A stretch of 64,000 nt of DNA from Saprospiraceae bacterium. GTDB taxonomy: Bacteria > Bacteroidota > Bacteroidia > Chitinophagales > Saprospiraceae. The position numbers and the translations under genes are program-made. The stretch lies in assembly GCA_015490175.1 (NCBI GenBank), contig WFYJ01000052.1, positions 10,974-74,973 on the forward strand. Direction: 5' to 3'. Each line of letters opens with the position of its first letter. Position 1 is the stretch's first letter. This document shows, piece by piece, positions 28,783-37,949 of this stretch. The notes under the pieces are model-generated. The model was not told the origin of the DNA, searched no databases, and saw only the letters and a program-made list of their open reading frames with translations.

Positions 28783-29191
28783 GTGGTTCGGGAAATCCTG
28801 TGGCAATGGTTGAGGGTTGAGGGTTGAGGGTTTAGAGTTTAAAGTTTAATGTTCAGATTTTCAGATGCTTGCGAAAATGCGGGGCATTTGCTGAAATCCT
28901 CGGTTCCTCCCTCATTGCAACCGCAGCTTTCAGCCGCAGAAGGCGCAGTGCTGACGCAGTTTGCGCAGTGGGTCACTCCTTCACACCATCTCTCTTCTCT
29001 CCATCTCAAAAAATCGTCTGGCGTCTATCGTCAAAAATTCCCGGACAGGCAGACGCACTGCCGTGTCAGACGCACTGCCGTGCGTCACTACCGTTGGACG
29101 CACAGCCGTGCGTCACTACTTCAATCACTCCATCTCTCCTCTCTCATTCACTCATTCTCCTCAGACAGATCGCCTTTCGGCAAATGCCGCC
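28783..29191. repeat. intergenic mosaic repeat cluster R8
   Basis: Contains ggttcgggaaatcctgtggcaatgg, (GGGTTGA)x3, gtttaaag, aaatcctcggttcctc, accgcagctttcagccgcag, CT-rich tracts, aaaattcccggacagg, three consecutive GACGCAC-loop-GTGCGTC hairpin modules (29047-29120), and cactcattctcctcagacagatcGCCTTTCGGCAAATGCCGCC (ends at 29191). Confidence 0.85.
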
Positions 29192-29193
29192 TC

Positions 29194-29613
29194 CTACGAG
29201 CGCGGTACGTGCGTCGTGGCGAAAATGCGCCGGATGCTGTATCGGCCACTGCCATGGGCCATGATGTGCAACACCCCACCGGCAATGGCCAGGTTGCGCA
29301 TGAACATGATGGCCTCGTAGCGCTGCTCCGGCACCGGATCGTTCCACCACGAATGCACGATGAAGGTAACGGGAATCCAGTACAAAAGGACCAGCGTACC
29401 GCCAAATCCTACCCGATAGCCCGTGAGCAGCAGCAGGCCCCCGACCAACAACACGAAGATCGCCCCGGTGAGGAGCAGATCCTGGCCCCCTTCGATGCCG
29501 TAGGAAGCCATCTTCGCCCTGGTCGCCTGGAAGTAGAAAATCGAGTCGTAGGCTTCGTACAGAAAAATGAAGCTCAACAGCACGCGGCCAATGAAGTCCA
29601 GAAGGTCTTTCAT
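29194..29613 (-). CDS. DoxX family membrane protein
   Basis: 139 aa with 4 hydrophobic segments (MKDLLDFIGRVLLSFIFLYEAY...). ATG at 29613. The longer track ORF upstream overlaps the next gene out of frame. Confidence 0.8.
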   Translation of the reverse strand: MKDLLDFIGRVLLSFIFLYEAYDSIFYFQATRAKMASYGIEGGQDLLLTGAIFVLLVGGLLLLTGYRVGFGGTLVLLYWIPVTFIVHSWWNDPVPEQRYEAIMFMRNLAIAGGVLHIMAHGSGRYSIRRIFATTHVPRS

Positions 29614-29630
29614 CTCAAGCAGTTTTTGGT

Positions 29631-31211
29631 TCAATTCGCACGTTCGGTCACCGCTACGCCCAGCCAGCGAGCCACGGCCTGTGCCGTGTTTTGCCCATCC
29701 ATGGCTGCCGAAATGATGCCGCCGGCATAGCCGGCCCCCTCGCCTGCCGGAAAGAGGCCTTCCACCTGCGGGTGCATGCGCGTGTCGGGATCGCGCGGGA
29801 TGCGCACGGGGGCCGAAGTACGGCTTTCCGTAGCAATCACGTTGGCCTCGGCGGTAAAGTAGCCCTTCATTTTTTTTCCAAAAATCCTGACGGCGCGCTG
29901 CAGGCGCCGGTAAATGAAATCGGGCAGCAACTCGTGCACCGGTGCCGAAAACAGCCCCGGAATGTAGGATGCCGGCGGCAAGGTAGTGGACATTCGCCCC
30001 GCCACGAAATCGGTCAGGCGCTGCGCCGGCGCTTTCTGACTGCCGTCGCCGGCCTGAAAGCAGGCTTGTTCCACCGTCCGTTGCAATGCCAGGCCCGCAA
30101 AGACCCCTTCGTGCGCCCACGCCTGCCAGTCCTGCGCGTCGAGGGCCGTCACCGTGCCGCTGTTGGCCCAGGCCGAATCGCGCCGCGACATCGACATGCC
30201 GTTCACGACGATCTCGCCGGGTGCCGTGGCCGCCGGCACCACCAGCCCGCCCGGGCACATGCAAAACGAAAAGACGCCCTTTGCATCCACCTGGCAAACG
30301 AGCTTGTAGCTCGCTGCCGGCAAGTTGGGGTGGCGCGGGCTGTGCTTGTACTGAATCTCGTCGATCAGGGCCTGCGGATGCTCGATGCGCACCCCCAGCG
30401 CAAAGGGCTTGGGCTCGAGGCGAATGCCCTTGCGGTGCAGCAGGTAGTACACATCGCGCGCCGAATGGCCCGTGGCCAGAATCACCGCCTCGGCCGGGTA
30501 TTCCCTTTCGTCGTTGACCACCACGCCGCGCACGCGCCCCTCGCGCACGATCAGGTCGGTGACGTGGTGCCCGAAATGGATCTGCCCGCCGTGATGCAGA
30601 ATGGTTTCCCGAATATTGGCCACCACCTTCGGCAACTTGTTCGAGCCGATGTGCGGGTGGGCATCGATGAGGATATCGGCACGGGCGCCATGCGCTACCA
30701 GCAGCTTGAGCGCCTTGTACACGTCGCCGCGCTTGTGGCTGCGCGTGTACAGCTTTCCGTCAGAATAGGTGCCGGCGCCCCCTTCGCCAAAGCAGTAATT
30801 GCTGTGAGGGTTCACCACGCCAAACTGCTGGATGGCCCGCAGGTCGCGCCGGCGGGCGCGCACGTCCTTGCCTCTGTCGAAAATGACGGGCTTGAGTCCC
30901 AGCTCGAGCATCTCCAGCGCTGCAAAATAGCCCGCAGGACCAGCCCCTACGATGATCACCTCCTTGCCAGCCGACACATCGCGGAATCGCTCGCTCAGCA
31001 CAGGCTCGGGTGCAAACGGCTCGTCGAGCGACACCTCGTAGCGCAAGACGTACACCGGCATGCCCTTGCGCGCATCAATCGAGCGCTTCACCAGCCGCAT
31101 ATGCCGGATTTCTTCATCGGCCAGGCCGAGCTGCCGCGCCACGCGACGACGGTGCTCGCTCAGGTCGTCAATGAGTCCGGGAGCTATCCGGATATCTGCC
31201 TGTCTGATCAT
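29631..31211 (-). CDS. FAD-dependent oxidoreductase (COG2509-type uncharacterised FAD-dependent dehydrogenase)
   Basis: VIIVGAGPAGYFAALE dinucleotide-binding motif, an N-terminal ...KRSIDARK segment and ..GEGAGYAGGIISAAMDG at the C-terminus. Confidence 0.9.
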   Translation of the reverse strand: MIRQADIRIAPGLIDDLSEHRRRVARQLGLADEEIRHMRLVKRSIDARKGMPVYVLRYEVSLDEPFAPEPVLSERFRDVSAGKEVIIVGAGPAGYFAALEMLELGLKPVIFDRGKDVRARRRDLRAIQQFGVVNPHSNYCFGEGGAGTYSDGKLYTRSHKRGDVYKALKLLVAHGARADILIDAHPHIGSNKLPKVVANIRETILHHGGQIHFGHHVTDLIVREGRVRGVVVNDEREYPAEAVILATGHSARDVYYLLHRKGIRLEPKPFALGVRIEHPQALIDEIQYKHSPRHPNLPAASYKLVCQVDAKGVFSFCMCPGGLVVPAATAPGEIVVNGMSMSRRDSAWANSGTVTALDAQDWQAWAHEGVFAGLALQRTVEQACFQAGDGSQKAPAQRLTDFVAGRMSTTLPPASYIPGLFSAPVHELLPDFIYRRLQRAVRIFGKKMKGYFTAEANVIATESRTSAPVRIPRDPDTRMHPQVEGLFPAGEGAGYAGGIISAAMDGQNTAQAVARWLGVAVTERAN

Positions 31212-31230
31212 AGGGCTATACGCACATCAA

Positions 31231-31355
31231 AGCGGTTCGGGAAATTCAGCAGTCAAATCGGTGGAATCGGTACAACGCACTCCATCTCTCCTCACTCCAT
31301 CACTCCATCTCTCCTCACTCCGGTCGTCTCCAGCATCGAAATTCCCCAAACGGGT
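31231..31355. repeat. intergenic mosaic repeat cluster R9
   Basis: Contains ggttcgggaaattc, 9-mers (agtcaaatc ggtggaatc), a CT-rich tract cactccatctctcctcactccatcactccatctctcctcactcc (31277-31322), and gaaattccccaaacgg. Confidence 0.8.
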
Positions 31356-31399
31356 TGAGTATAAATTTCAGGCTTTCGCCAAATTTTGCCCAGCGGGCA

Positions 31400-32560
31400 T
31401 CACTTCACCTGTACCCTTGCCAGTCCTTCTGAAAAATCGCGCGCGTCCAGAAAGTTCGGTCGGATGACCGGCGTTCCGGCAGGATCGATGAAGCCAATGC
31501 CTTCGTAAAACGCCACACGCGCCAGCCCTTCCCGGAAAGGCCATGCCAGACCGTAGTGTGGCGGCGTCACGGCCACTCCGGCCGTGTCGAGGTACCCCCA
31601 CAAGAACTCTTTCATGTAAGGAGCGCGCCCTTCGGCAAAAGGCGCAATCTGATCCCACGTGGGTTCCAGGAGCACCGCTCCCTGTTCGTTCAACAAACCG
31701 AATTTGCCCTGCTCTGCTACGATCCAGCGCCCCGCCGCTCCCCACACCAGGTAGTCCCAGCGCAGCGCGGCCACGAGCCGGCCTTCGCGATCGATCAGGC
31801 CCCACTTGCCGGCGCGCGCTACCGGCGCAAGGCCTTCGTGAAAGTCACCCGCCTGATCCCATTGCGGTTCGATGACCCAGCGACCCTGCAGGTCCACGAA
31901 GCCGATCCGGCCTTCCTTCCGGGCACGGCACAGGCCCGCTTCGGGCAGCCACAACCGTTCGAAAGCAATGGGAATGACCACGGCCCCCGTACGATCAATG
32001 GCGCCGTACTGTCCTCCGGATTGCACCACGGCCAGCCCCTCGTGAAAATGAGTGGCCCGGTCGTACTTCGGCTCCACCACCACGCGCCCCGTCTTGTCGA
32101 GAAAACCGAATCTCCCCTGCCGGGCAACCCGTGCGCGCCCCTCGTGAAAGTCATCTATCTGGCCGGCCCGCGGCGGGATGACCCATGCCCCCGTGCGATC
32201 CACGAAGCCGGTCTGGCCCTCGTAGTCGGTCACGCGCCCGAGTCCTTCCCGGAACGTGTAGGTCGCCTGGTAGCGCAAAGGCACCACGACTCTTCCCTGC
32301 CGGTCGATATAGCCCCAAAATCCACCCTTGCGCACGGCGGCCAAGCCTTCGGCAAATTCGCGGCAATCGTCATACACCGCTTCGATGACCAGTCGGCCTG
32401 TTCGGTCAATATAGCCCCATTTGTTTTCGGCAATGTCGTAATCTTCGTGGAGCGGGGGCAGCGCGTCCTCGGTCCCCTCCCCATCGGGACCGGCATCAGA
32501 CGCACAGCTTGCCATCACTATCAGCAGCAAAAGGGAAAACAACAGACGCATGTCGGGCAT
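31400..32560 (-). CDS. WG-repeat (KWG-type) lipoprotein
   Basis: MPDMRLLFSLLLLIVMASC lipobox, then at least 9 repeats of the type ..WGYIDRTGRLVIEAVYDD..F.EGLA.V.. . Confidence 0.85.
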   Translation of the reverse strand: MPDMRLLFSLLLLIVMASCASDAGPDGEGTEDALPPLHEDYDIAENKWGYIDRTGRLVIEAVYDDCREFAEGLAAVRKGGFWGYIDRQGRVVVPLRYQATYTFREGLGRVTDYEGQTGFVDRTGAWVIPPRAGQIDDFHEGRARVARQGRFGFLDKTGRVVVEPKYDRATHFHEGLAVVQSGGQYGAIDRTGAVVIPIAFERLWLPEAGLCRARKEGRIGFVDLQGRWVIEPQWDQAGDFHEGLAPVARAGKWGLIDREGRLVAALRWDYLVWGAAGRWIVAEQGKFGLLNEQGAVLLEPTWDQIAPFAEGRAPYMKEFLWGYLDTAGVAVTPPHYGLAWPFREGLARVAFYEGIGFIDPAGTPVIRPNFLDARDFSEGLARVQVK

Positions 32561-32574
32561 TTTGGGAAACCAGG

Positions 32575-33294
32575 TCAAATGTCGAAATCCACGGCCTTGC
32601 GCAGGGCGCCCAGCGCTCCTTTCCGATGGAGCCGCTCCCAGGCCTCGCGATCGAAGCTGTAGAGCCTGGCCGGACGGTGCGCCACGCCCTGCTGCTTGCC
32701 CACCTCTTTGAGCAGCCCCGTCTTCAGCATGCGCGCACGGAAATTGCGCTTGTTGAATCCTTCTTTCACGCCCATCACCTTCTCGTAGATCTGCTGCAAC
32801 TGACTGAGCGTAAACTCGGCCGGCAGCAGCTCGAATACCAGCGGCTCGTGGCGCACCTTTTGCCGCAGCTTTTCTACCGCAATGGCAATGATGTCGTCGT
32901 GGTCGAATGCCAGGCGAGGCAACTTTTCGAGCTCGAACCACTCCACGCGCCGGGCATCCGAGCTGGGATGCACCGGATGATCCTCCAGATTGACCAACGC
33001 GAAATGTGCTACGCTCACCACCCTGCCCCGCGGGTCGCGGTCGGGCCGACCAAACGTGTGAAACTGTTCGATATACACATCGCGCACCCCCGTCTCCTCC
33101 TCCAGCTCGCGCAGGGCGGCCGCCTCGATGTCTTCTTCGATGCCGACGAAACCGCCCGGCAACGCCCACTGCCCTATGAACGGCTCATTGGCCCGTTGGA
33201 TGAGCAGCACCTTGAGTTCGGTGCCGGCATCCAGTCCGAAAATCACACAGTCCACCGTCAGCGCAGGGCGGGGATACTCGTAGCAATATGGCAT
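32575..33294 (-). CDS. NUDIX hydrolase with a C-terminal winged-helix domain (NrtR-like)
   Basis: Nudix box GQWALPGGFVGIEEDIEAAALRELEEETGV, and a C-terminal ~90 aa typical of the NrtR family (..FTLSQLQQIYEKVMG..). Confidence 0.85.
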   Translation of the reverse strand: MPYCYEYPRPALTVDCVIFGLDAGTELKVLLIQRANEPFIGQWALPGGFVGIEEDIEAAALRELEEETGVRDVYIEQFHTFGRPDRDPRGRVVSVAHFALVNLEDHPVHPSSDARRVEWFELEKLPRLAFDHDDIIAIAVEKLRQKVRHEPLVFELLPAEFTLSQLQQIYEKVMGVKEGFNKRNFRARMLKTGLLKEVGKQQGVAHRPARLYSFDREAWERLHRKGALGALRKAVDFDI

Positions 33295-33319
33295 AGCGCT
33301 CGGTTTTCTTCATTCAAGA

Positions 33320-34210
33320 TCAATCCGGATCGACCCAGTCGATCCCCTTCTGCAACCAGCTCAGCGTCCGGGCTTCGGGCGAGCCCGGCTCGGGCCGAAA
33401 GTCGTATTTCCATTGGGCGCGCGGCGGCAGACTCATCAGTATCGATTCGATGCGCCCCTGCGTGTCCAGGCCGAACTTCGTGCCCTTGTCGTACACGAGA
33501 TTGAACTCGACATACCGGCCCCGACGCAACTCCTGCCAGTCCTTTTCCCTTTCGGAAAACGGGCGATGCTGGTGCCGCCGGGCCAGCTCGACATATATGG
33601 GCGCAAAGGCCTCGCCCACCGCCCGAACAAAAGCAAACCGTTCCTCCCTTCCGACACCATCTTGGCCCCCCAGCCGGTCGAAGAAAATGCCGCCGACGCC
33701 GCGCGTCTCAGCGCGATGCGGAATGTAAAAATAATCGTCGGCCCATTTCTTGAACCGGGGATAAAAGCTCGTATCGAAACGGTCGCACACCCCCTTCAAC
33801 TGGCGATGGAACCAGCGGGCATCTTCGGGCACCACGTAATGGGGCGTCAGATCGATACCGCCCCCGAACCACCACACGCCATCCTCCAGCTCGAAATACC
33901 GAACGTTCATGTGGATGATGGGCACATGCGGATTGACGGGATGGAGCACGATACTCACACCCGTGGCGAAAAACCTGCCTGCCTCCACGCCCAGGGCACG
34001 CCCGATCTTTTCCGGCAAGGCTCCATGTACGGCAGAAAAGTTGACACCTCCCTTTTCGATGACGTTGCCCTCGATGATGCGGGTGCGTCCACCTCCGCCG
34101 CCCGGCCGTTCCCACGGATCTTCGCGGAACTTTCGGCCATCCAGCGTTTCCAGCTCATGGCAAATGGCATCCTGCAACGCCCGGAAGTATCCTTCAATCT
34201 GCTCTTTCAT
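33320..34210 (-). CDS. hemF: oxygen-dependent coproporphyrinogen III oxidase
   Basis: MKEQIEGYFRALQDAICHELE.., RPGGGGGRTRIIEGNVIEKGGVNFS, WWFGGGIDLTPHYV, RGVGGIFFD. ATG at 34210. Confidence 0.95.
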   Translation of the reverse strand: MKEQIEGYFRALQDAICHELETLDGRKFREDPWERPGGGGGRTRIIEGNVIEKGGVNFSAVHGALPEKIGRALGVEAGRFFATGVSIVLHPVNPHVPIIHMNVRYFELEDGVWWFGGGIDLTPHYVVPEDARWFHRQLKGVCDRFDTSFYPRFKKWADDYFYIPHRAETRGVGGIFFDRLGGQDGVGREERFAFVRAVGEAFAPIYVELARRHQHRPFSEREKDWQELRRGRYVEFNLVYDKGTKFGLDTQGRIESILMSLPPRAQWKYDFRPEPGSPEARTLSWLQKGIDWVDPD

Positions 34211-34578
34211 CGGCTGTGCTGCCTTCTTTCCAGTGCCTCCCTTGCAGCTGCAACCTCCTTTTTGCCACTGCCGACGAACACCTCTTCCCCTGCGACAATG
34301 ACAGGCCGCTTCAAAAAGGTGTATTCCTCCAGGATCAGGCGGCGGTAATCGGCTTCGTCCAGTGACTGCTCGTGCAATCCCAGTGCGCGAAACTTTCTGG
34401 CTCTTCGCGAAAAGAGGGCCTCGTAACTGCCCACCCGCTGGCGCAGCCAGTCGAGGGCCTCGGCCGAAATCGGCTCCTGTTTGATGTCCTGCAATTCGAA
34501 GCCTTCGAGCAAGGGGGCCAGCTCCTTCAGGATCCGCTGGCAGGTGCTGCAAGTGGAAAGAAAAAAGACCTTTTGCAT
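34207..34578 (-). CDS. ArsC/Spx-family (arsenate reductase-like, glutaredoxin-fold) protein
   Basis: MQKVFFLSTCSTCQRILKEL... has the typical N-terminal Cys motif. Its stop overlaps the hemF ATG (ATGA at 34207-34210). Confidence 0.8.
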   Translation of the reverse strand: MQKVFFLSTCSTCQRILKELAPLLEGFELQDIKQEPISAEALDWLRQRVGSYEALFSRRARKFRALGLHEQSLDEADYRRLILEEYTFLKRPVIVAGEEVFVGSGKKEVAAAREALERRQHSR

Positions 34579-34678
34579 GAATCGAAATTTGCGCGTCAGC
34601 AATACCGGCAGGCAGTCATTTCCTTACATGAAAACTGTTAAATGCATTCAGACTTTTTATTTTCACAAAGGGTGCTTT

Positions 34679-34700
34679 CTTTTGCCGGCGCCGGCAAAAG
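34679..34700. repeat. perfect 22-bp palindrome in a divergent promoter region
   Basis: CTTTTGCCGGCGCCGGCAAAAG at 34679-34700, between the ArsC-like start (34578) and the nucleoside phosphorylase start (34771). Confidence 0.85.
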
Positions 34701-34770
34701 TCTGAAATCCTGCCGACACCTGCCCCTACTGCCACCCCTATGTTTCCCTGGCTATTGAACCAATCACGCT

Positions 34771-35643
34771 ATGAAATACTTGAAAGACTCCGAGCTGATC
34801 CTCAACCCCGACGGAAGCATCTACCATCTCAACCTGCTTCCGGAAGATCTCGGCGACATCGTGCTCACCGTGGGCGATCCCAAACGGGTGGAAATGGTGT
34901 CGCGCCATTTCGACCACATAGAGGTCAAAAAGTCGAAACGCGAATTCATCACGCACACGGGCCGGCTGGGACGCAAGCGCATCAGCGTCATCAGCACCGG
35001 CATCGGCCCCGACAACATCGACATCGTCGTCAACGAGCTGGACGCCCTGGTCAACATCGACCTGCGCAATCGCGTGCCGCGCGAAAAGCATCGCTCGCTG
35101 TCCATCATCCGTCTGGGCACTTCCGGCAGCCTGCAGGCCGACATCCATGTGGATGAAGTGGTCGTCTCCGGTTGGGGTGCAGGCTTCGACAACCTGCTGT
35201 TTTTCTATCCTGACTATCCCAAAATACACAATCACGATCTGGCGCGCCTGGTGGAAATGGCGCTCGACAATCAGATCTCGGTCTATACCGTGCAAGGCGC
35301 CGAGCAGCTTTTCCGGCACTTTGCCAGCCGCTTTCGCCATGGCGGCATCACCATCACCAGCCCGGGCTTCTATGGCCCCCAGGGGCGCAGCCTGCGCCTG
35401 GCCAGCATCCTGACCGAAACCCATATCCGCGAACTTCAGCAGTTGCGCTGGAACGACTGGCGCATCACCAATTTCGAAATGGAAACGGCTGCCCTCTTCG
35501 GCTTGTCGCGTCTGCTGGGCCACCAGCCGCTGGCCTGCAACGCCATCCTGGCCAACAGGGCCACCGGCCAGTTCAGCAAGGATCCCTACCGTGCCATCGA
35601 AAGGATGATTGTGCAGGCACTCGAGGCTATCGACAGTTTGTGA
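34771..35643 (+). CDS. nucleoside phosphorylase (PNP/UDP family, uridine phosphorylase-like)
   Basis: LNPDGSIYHLNLLPEDLGDIVLTVGDPKRV.., RLGTSGSLQ, NFEMETAALFGL motifs. Confidence 0.85.
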   Translation: MKYLKDSELILNPDGSIYHLNLLPEDLGDIVLTVGDPKRVEMVSRHFDHIEVKKSKREFITHTGRLGRKRISVISTGIGPDNIDIVVNELDALVNIDLRNRVPREKHRSLSIIRLGTSGSLQADIHVDEVVVSGWGAGFDNLLFFYPDYPKIHNHDLARLVEMALDNQISVYTVQGAEQLFRHFASRFRHGGITITSPGFYGPQGRSLRLASILTETHIRELQQLRWNDWRITNFEMETAALFGLSRLLGHQPLACNAILANRATGQFSKDPYRAIERMIVQALEAIDSL

Positions 35644-35901
35644 ACCGATCGGGCCATGCCCGACGAAAAAGGCGACCTCTAAAGTGAAACATCAGAGGTC
35701 ACCTTGAAAAAACGCTCCGAGAAGGTGTTGGCAACAAATGCCGGAAAGGAAAGAACGAATTTCAAACCGGCAAGGCGGGAAGAACGTTGCCAACGCTTCA
35801 AAGGTAATACATCCGCAGCATTTTGGGAAGGCAAACCCTGTCTCATTCGGGCTTTCAAGGGATCGGCCGGAATTTTTTGAATAAAGAACGTTCAGGCACC
35901 T

Positions 35902-35932
35902 TTGGGCAAATGGCCTGAAGCACGTATCTTTG
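35902..35932 (+). promoter_or_regulatory. Bacteroidota-type promoter for rplU-rpmA
   Basis: TAtcTTTG at 35925-35932, with TTG at 35902-35904 (20-nt spacer). The rplU ATG is at 35976. Confidence 0.45.
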
Positions 35933-35975
35933 CGCACCTTTTGAAAATTTGGTTTCACCAAAAACTCATTGATTC

Positions 35976-36287
35976 ATGTTTGCGATCGTTACCATCGCCG
36001 GTCAACAGTTCAAAGTGAAGGAGGGCGACAAGCTCTTCGTCCACCGGCTGGCAGCCAATGAAGGGGACAAGCTCACCTTCGACGAAGTATTGCTCATCGA
36101 CGACGACGGCAAGGTCGAAGTAGGCACCCCCACCCTCCCCAATGCCAAAGTGGAAGCCGAAGTGCTGGGCCACGTAAAGGGCGACAAGGTCATCGTCTTC
36201 AAGAAGAAACGCCGCAAGGGCTACCGCGTGAAGAAAGGCCATCGCCAACAGTTCACCCAGATCCGGATTGCTTCCATCAAGGCTTGA
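35976..36287 (+). CDS. rplU: 50S ribosomal protein L21
   Basis: MFAIVTIAGQQFKVKEGDKLFVHRL..., 103 aa. Confidence 0.95.
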   Translation: MFAIVTIAGQQFKVKEGDKLFVHRLAANEGDKLTFDEVLLIDDDGKVEVGTPTLPNAKVEAEVLGHVKGDKVIVFKKKRRKGYRVKKGHRQQFTQIRIASIKA

Positions 36288-36319
36288 TCTCATTCTTAAA
36301 TCCGTAAACGCTTTCAATC

Positions 36320-36952
36320 ATGGCACATAAGAAAGGTGTAGGTAGTACCGATAACGGCCGCGATTCCCATAGTAAACGACTTGGCGTCAAGCTCTTCGGC
36401 GGCCAGATTGCCCGTCCGGGCAACATCATCGTGCGTCAGCGCGGCACGCGCTACCATCCGGGCAAAAACGTCTACATGGGCAAGGACTTTACGATCCATG
36501 CCGCCATCGAGGGCGTGGTCACCTTCAAGCGCGGCCGCAAAGACCGCGTGTTCATCCACGTGCTGCCTCTCGAAGAAGTAGCGGAAGTAGCTGCCTCGCC
36601 CGAAGTGGCGCGTCAGGCCAAAAAGGCAGACAAGCCCGCAACCGAAGCACCCAAGGCAGATACGCCTGCCGCCGATGCCCCTGCTGCAAGTGAGGGCGGC
36701 ACCGACGACCTGCGCAAGATCGAAGGCATCGGTCCCAAGATCGCCAGCATCCTCGCCGAGGCCGGCATCGACACGTTTGCCGCGCTGGCCGACACCGATC
36801 CCGAAAAGATCCGCGAAATCCTCGCCGAAGCCGGCAGCCGCTACAAGGTACACGACCCCACCACCTGGCCCCGCCAGGCAGCCCTCGCCGCCGAAGGCAA
36901 GTGGGACGAGCTGGCTGCCCTGCAGGATCAGCTCAAAGGTGGTCGCGAGTAA
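36320..36952 (+). CDS. rpmA: 50S ribosomal protein L27 with a 124-aa C-terminal extension (Ala/Pro/Lys linker + helix-hairpin-helix/H3TH-like domain)
   Basis: The L27 core [29 protein letters not shown]...[12 protein letters not shown] ends near aa 86. It continues in frame with ..[23 protein letters not shown].. and [36 protein letters not shown]... Confidence 0.9.
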   Translation: MAHKKGVGSTDNGRDSHSKRLGVKLFGGQIARPGNIIVRQRGTRYHPGKNVYMGKDFTIHAAIEGVVTFKRGRKDRVFIHVLPLEEVAEVAASPEVARQAKKADKPATEAPKADTPAADAPAASEGGTDDLRKIEGIGPKIASILAEAGIDTFAALADTDPEKIREILAEAGSRYKVHDPTTWPRQAALAAEGKWDELAALQDQLKGGRE

Positions 36953-37035
36953 TCGCGTTCCCCGCCAAAGATTCGGAAAGGACAAAGAAAGCATCCCGCC
37001 GCCGGTGGGGTGCTTTTTTTACACCTGCTTCAGCG

Positions 37036-37203
37036 GGATCGGGAAATTCAATGGCGAACGTGGTTGAATCGGTCAAACCGGTCGAACCGGTGGAATCGGT
37101 GTAATCGGTGTAATCGGTCGAACCGGTTGAATGGGGACAAACGCCCCTCCATCACTCCTCACTCCTCTCTCCTCACTCCCCCACACCACTCACTCACTCC
37201 CTC
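37036..37203. repeat. intergenic mosaic repeat cluster R10
   Basis: Contains gatcgggaaattc, eight degenerate 9-mers (ggttgaatc ggtcaaacc ggtcgaacc ggtggaatc ggtgtaatc ggtgtaatc ggtcgaacc ggttgaatg, 37062-37133), and a CT-rich ctcactcc tract that runs into the stop of the next CDS. Confidence 0.85.
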
Positions 37204-37949
37204 GCGGCGCTGACAAAGCCCAGGTCGCGCCGCTGCACCCATCCTTCCTGGCCATCGGGCAGCACCACCTTGACCCTCTCGCCGATCCGGTCGATCCGCC
37301 GCAGTTCGACCCCTTCCGGCAGAGGGGTCCGTTCGGGAGCTTCCTCGCTGGCCCCCACGCGAGCCAACGTAGCCCGCAACACCACCACATCCGGATGGGC
37401 CGTTTCGAGGCGATAGCGCGTAGCCCCGGCCCCCAGTGCGAGCAACCATATCGCAAGCAGAAGCACGCTCCCCTTCAGCAAAGCCACCCGTCGCGTGCGG
37501 TACCACCCGAAGGCCATGCCCACCAGCAGCCACGACACGACTGTCACGATCACCGCCCATGCCGTGGCACTACACTGTGTTGCGAGGGCTTTCCACCACC
37601 GCGTCAGAAAAAACTCGGGCAAAGGCGGATGCGGGTAGCGGACCCGGCTGCGCGCCAGTTGAAGGTTGTGCCGGATTTCCTTGCTGCGCGGTGCCCACAA
37701 CAGGGCCCGACGGTAATAAAGAATGGCTTCCCCGATTTCGCCTTCCTTCAGCCACGCATTGCCCAGGTTGAAAAACAGCTCGGGTGCACACCAGCCTGCT
37801 TTTTCCAGCGAATCGAGGTATTGGATCCCTTCTTCCCATTCCCCACGATCAAAAGCTTCCATGGCGGCCTGCCAGGCCTCGACGGGCGGCTCAGCCGCTC
37901 CAAGACACAGGGGCAAACACACCAGCCACAACAGAAACTGCCTTTTCAT
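37194..37949 (-). CDS. TPR + SH3b-like domain membrane protein (BatE-like)
   Basis: Signal peptide MKRQFLLWLVCLPLCLGA, TPR-like segment (FNLGNAWLKEGEIGEAILYYRRAL), TM segments, and a C-terminal SH3-like ..RVKVVLPDGQEGWVQRRDL. Confidence 0.7.
   Translation of the reverse strand: MKRQFLLWLVCLPLCLGAAEPPVEAWQAAMEAFDRGEWEEGIQYLDSLEKAGWCAPELFFNLGNAWLKEGEIGEAILYYRRALLWAPRSKEIRHNLQLARSRVRYPHPPLPEFFLTRWWKALATQCSATAWAVIVTVVSWLLVGMAFGWYRTRRVALLKGSVLLLAIWLLALGAGATRYRLETAHPDVVVLRATLARVGASEEAPERTPLPEGVELRRIDRIGERVKVVLPDGQEGWVQRRDLGFVSAARE

Noticed and set aside
35692-35961. The 89-aa minus-strand ORF in the rplU upstream spacer
   Set aside because: It is Cys/Phe-rich with non-protein-like composition and overlaps the predicted rplU promoter. 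There is no start context or terminator supporting a gene.
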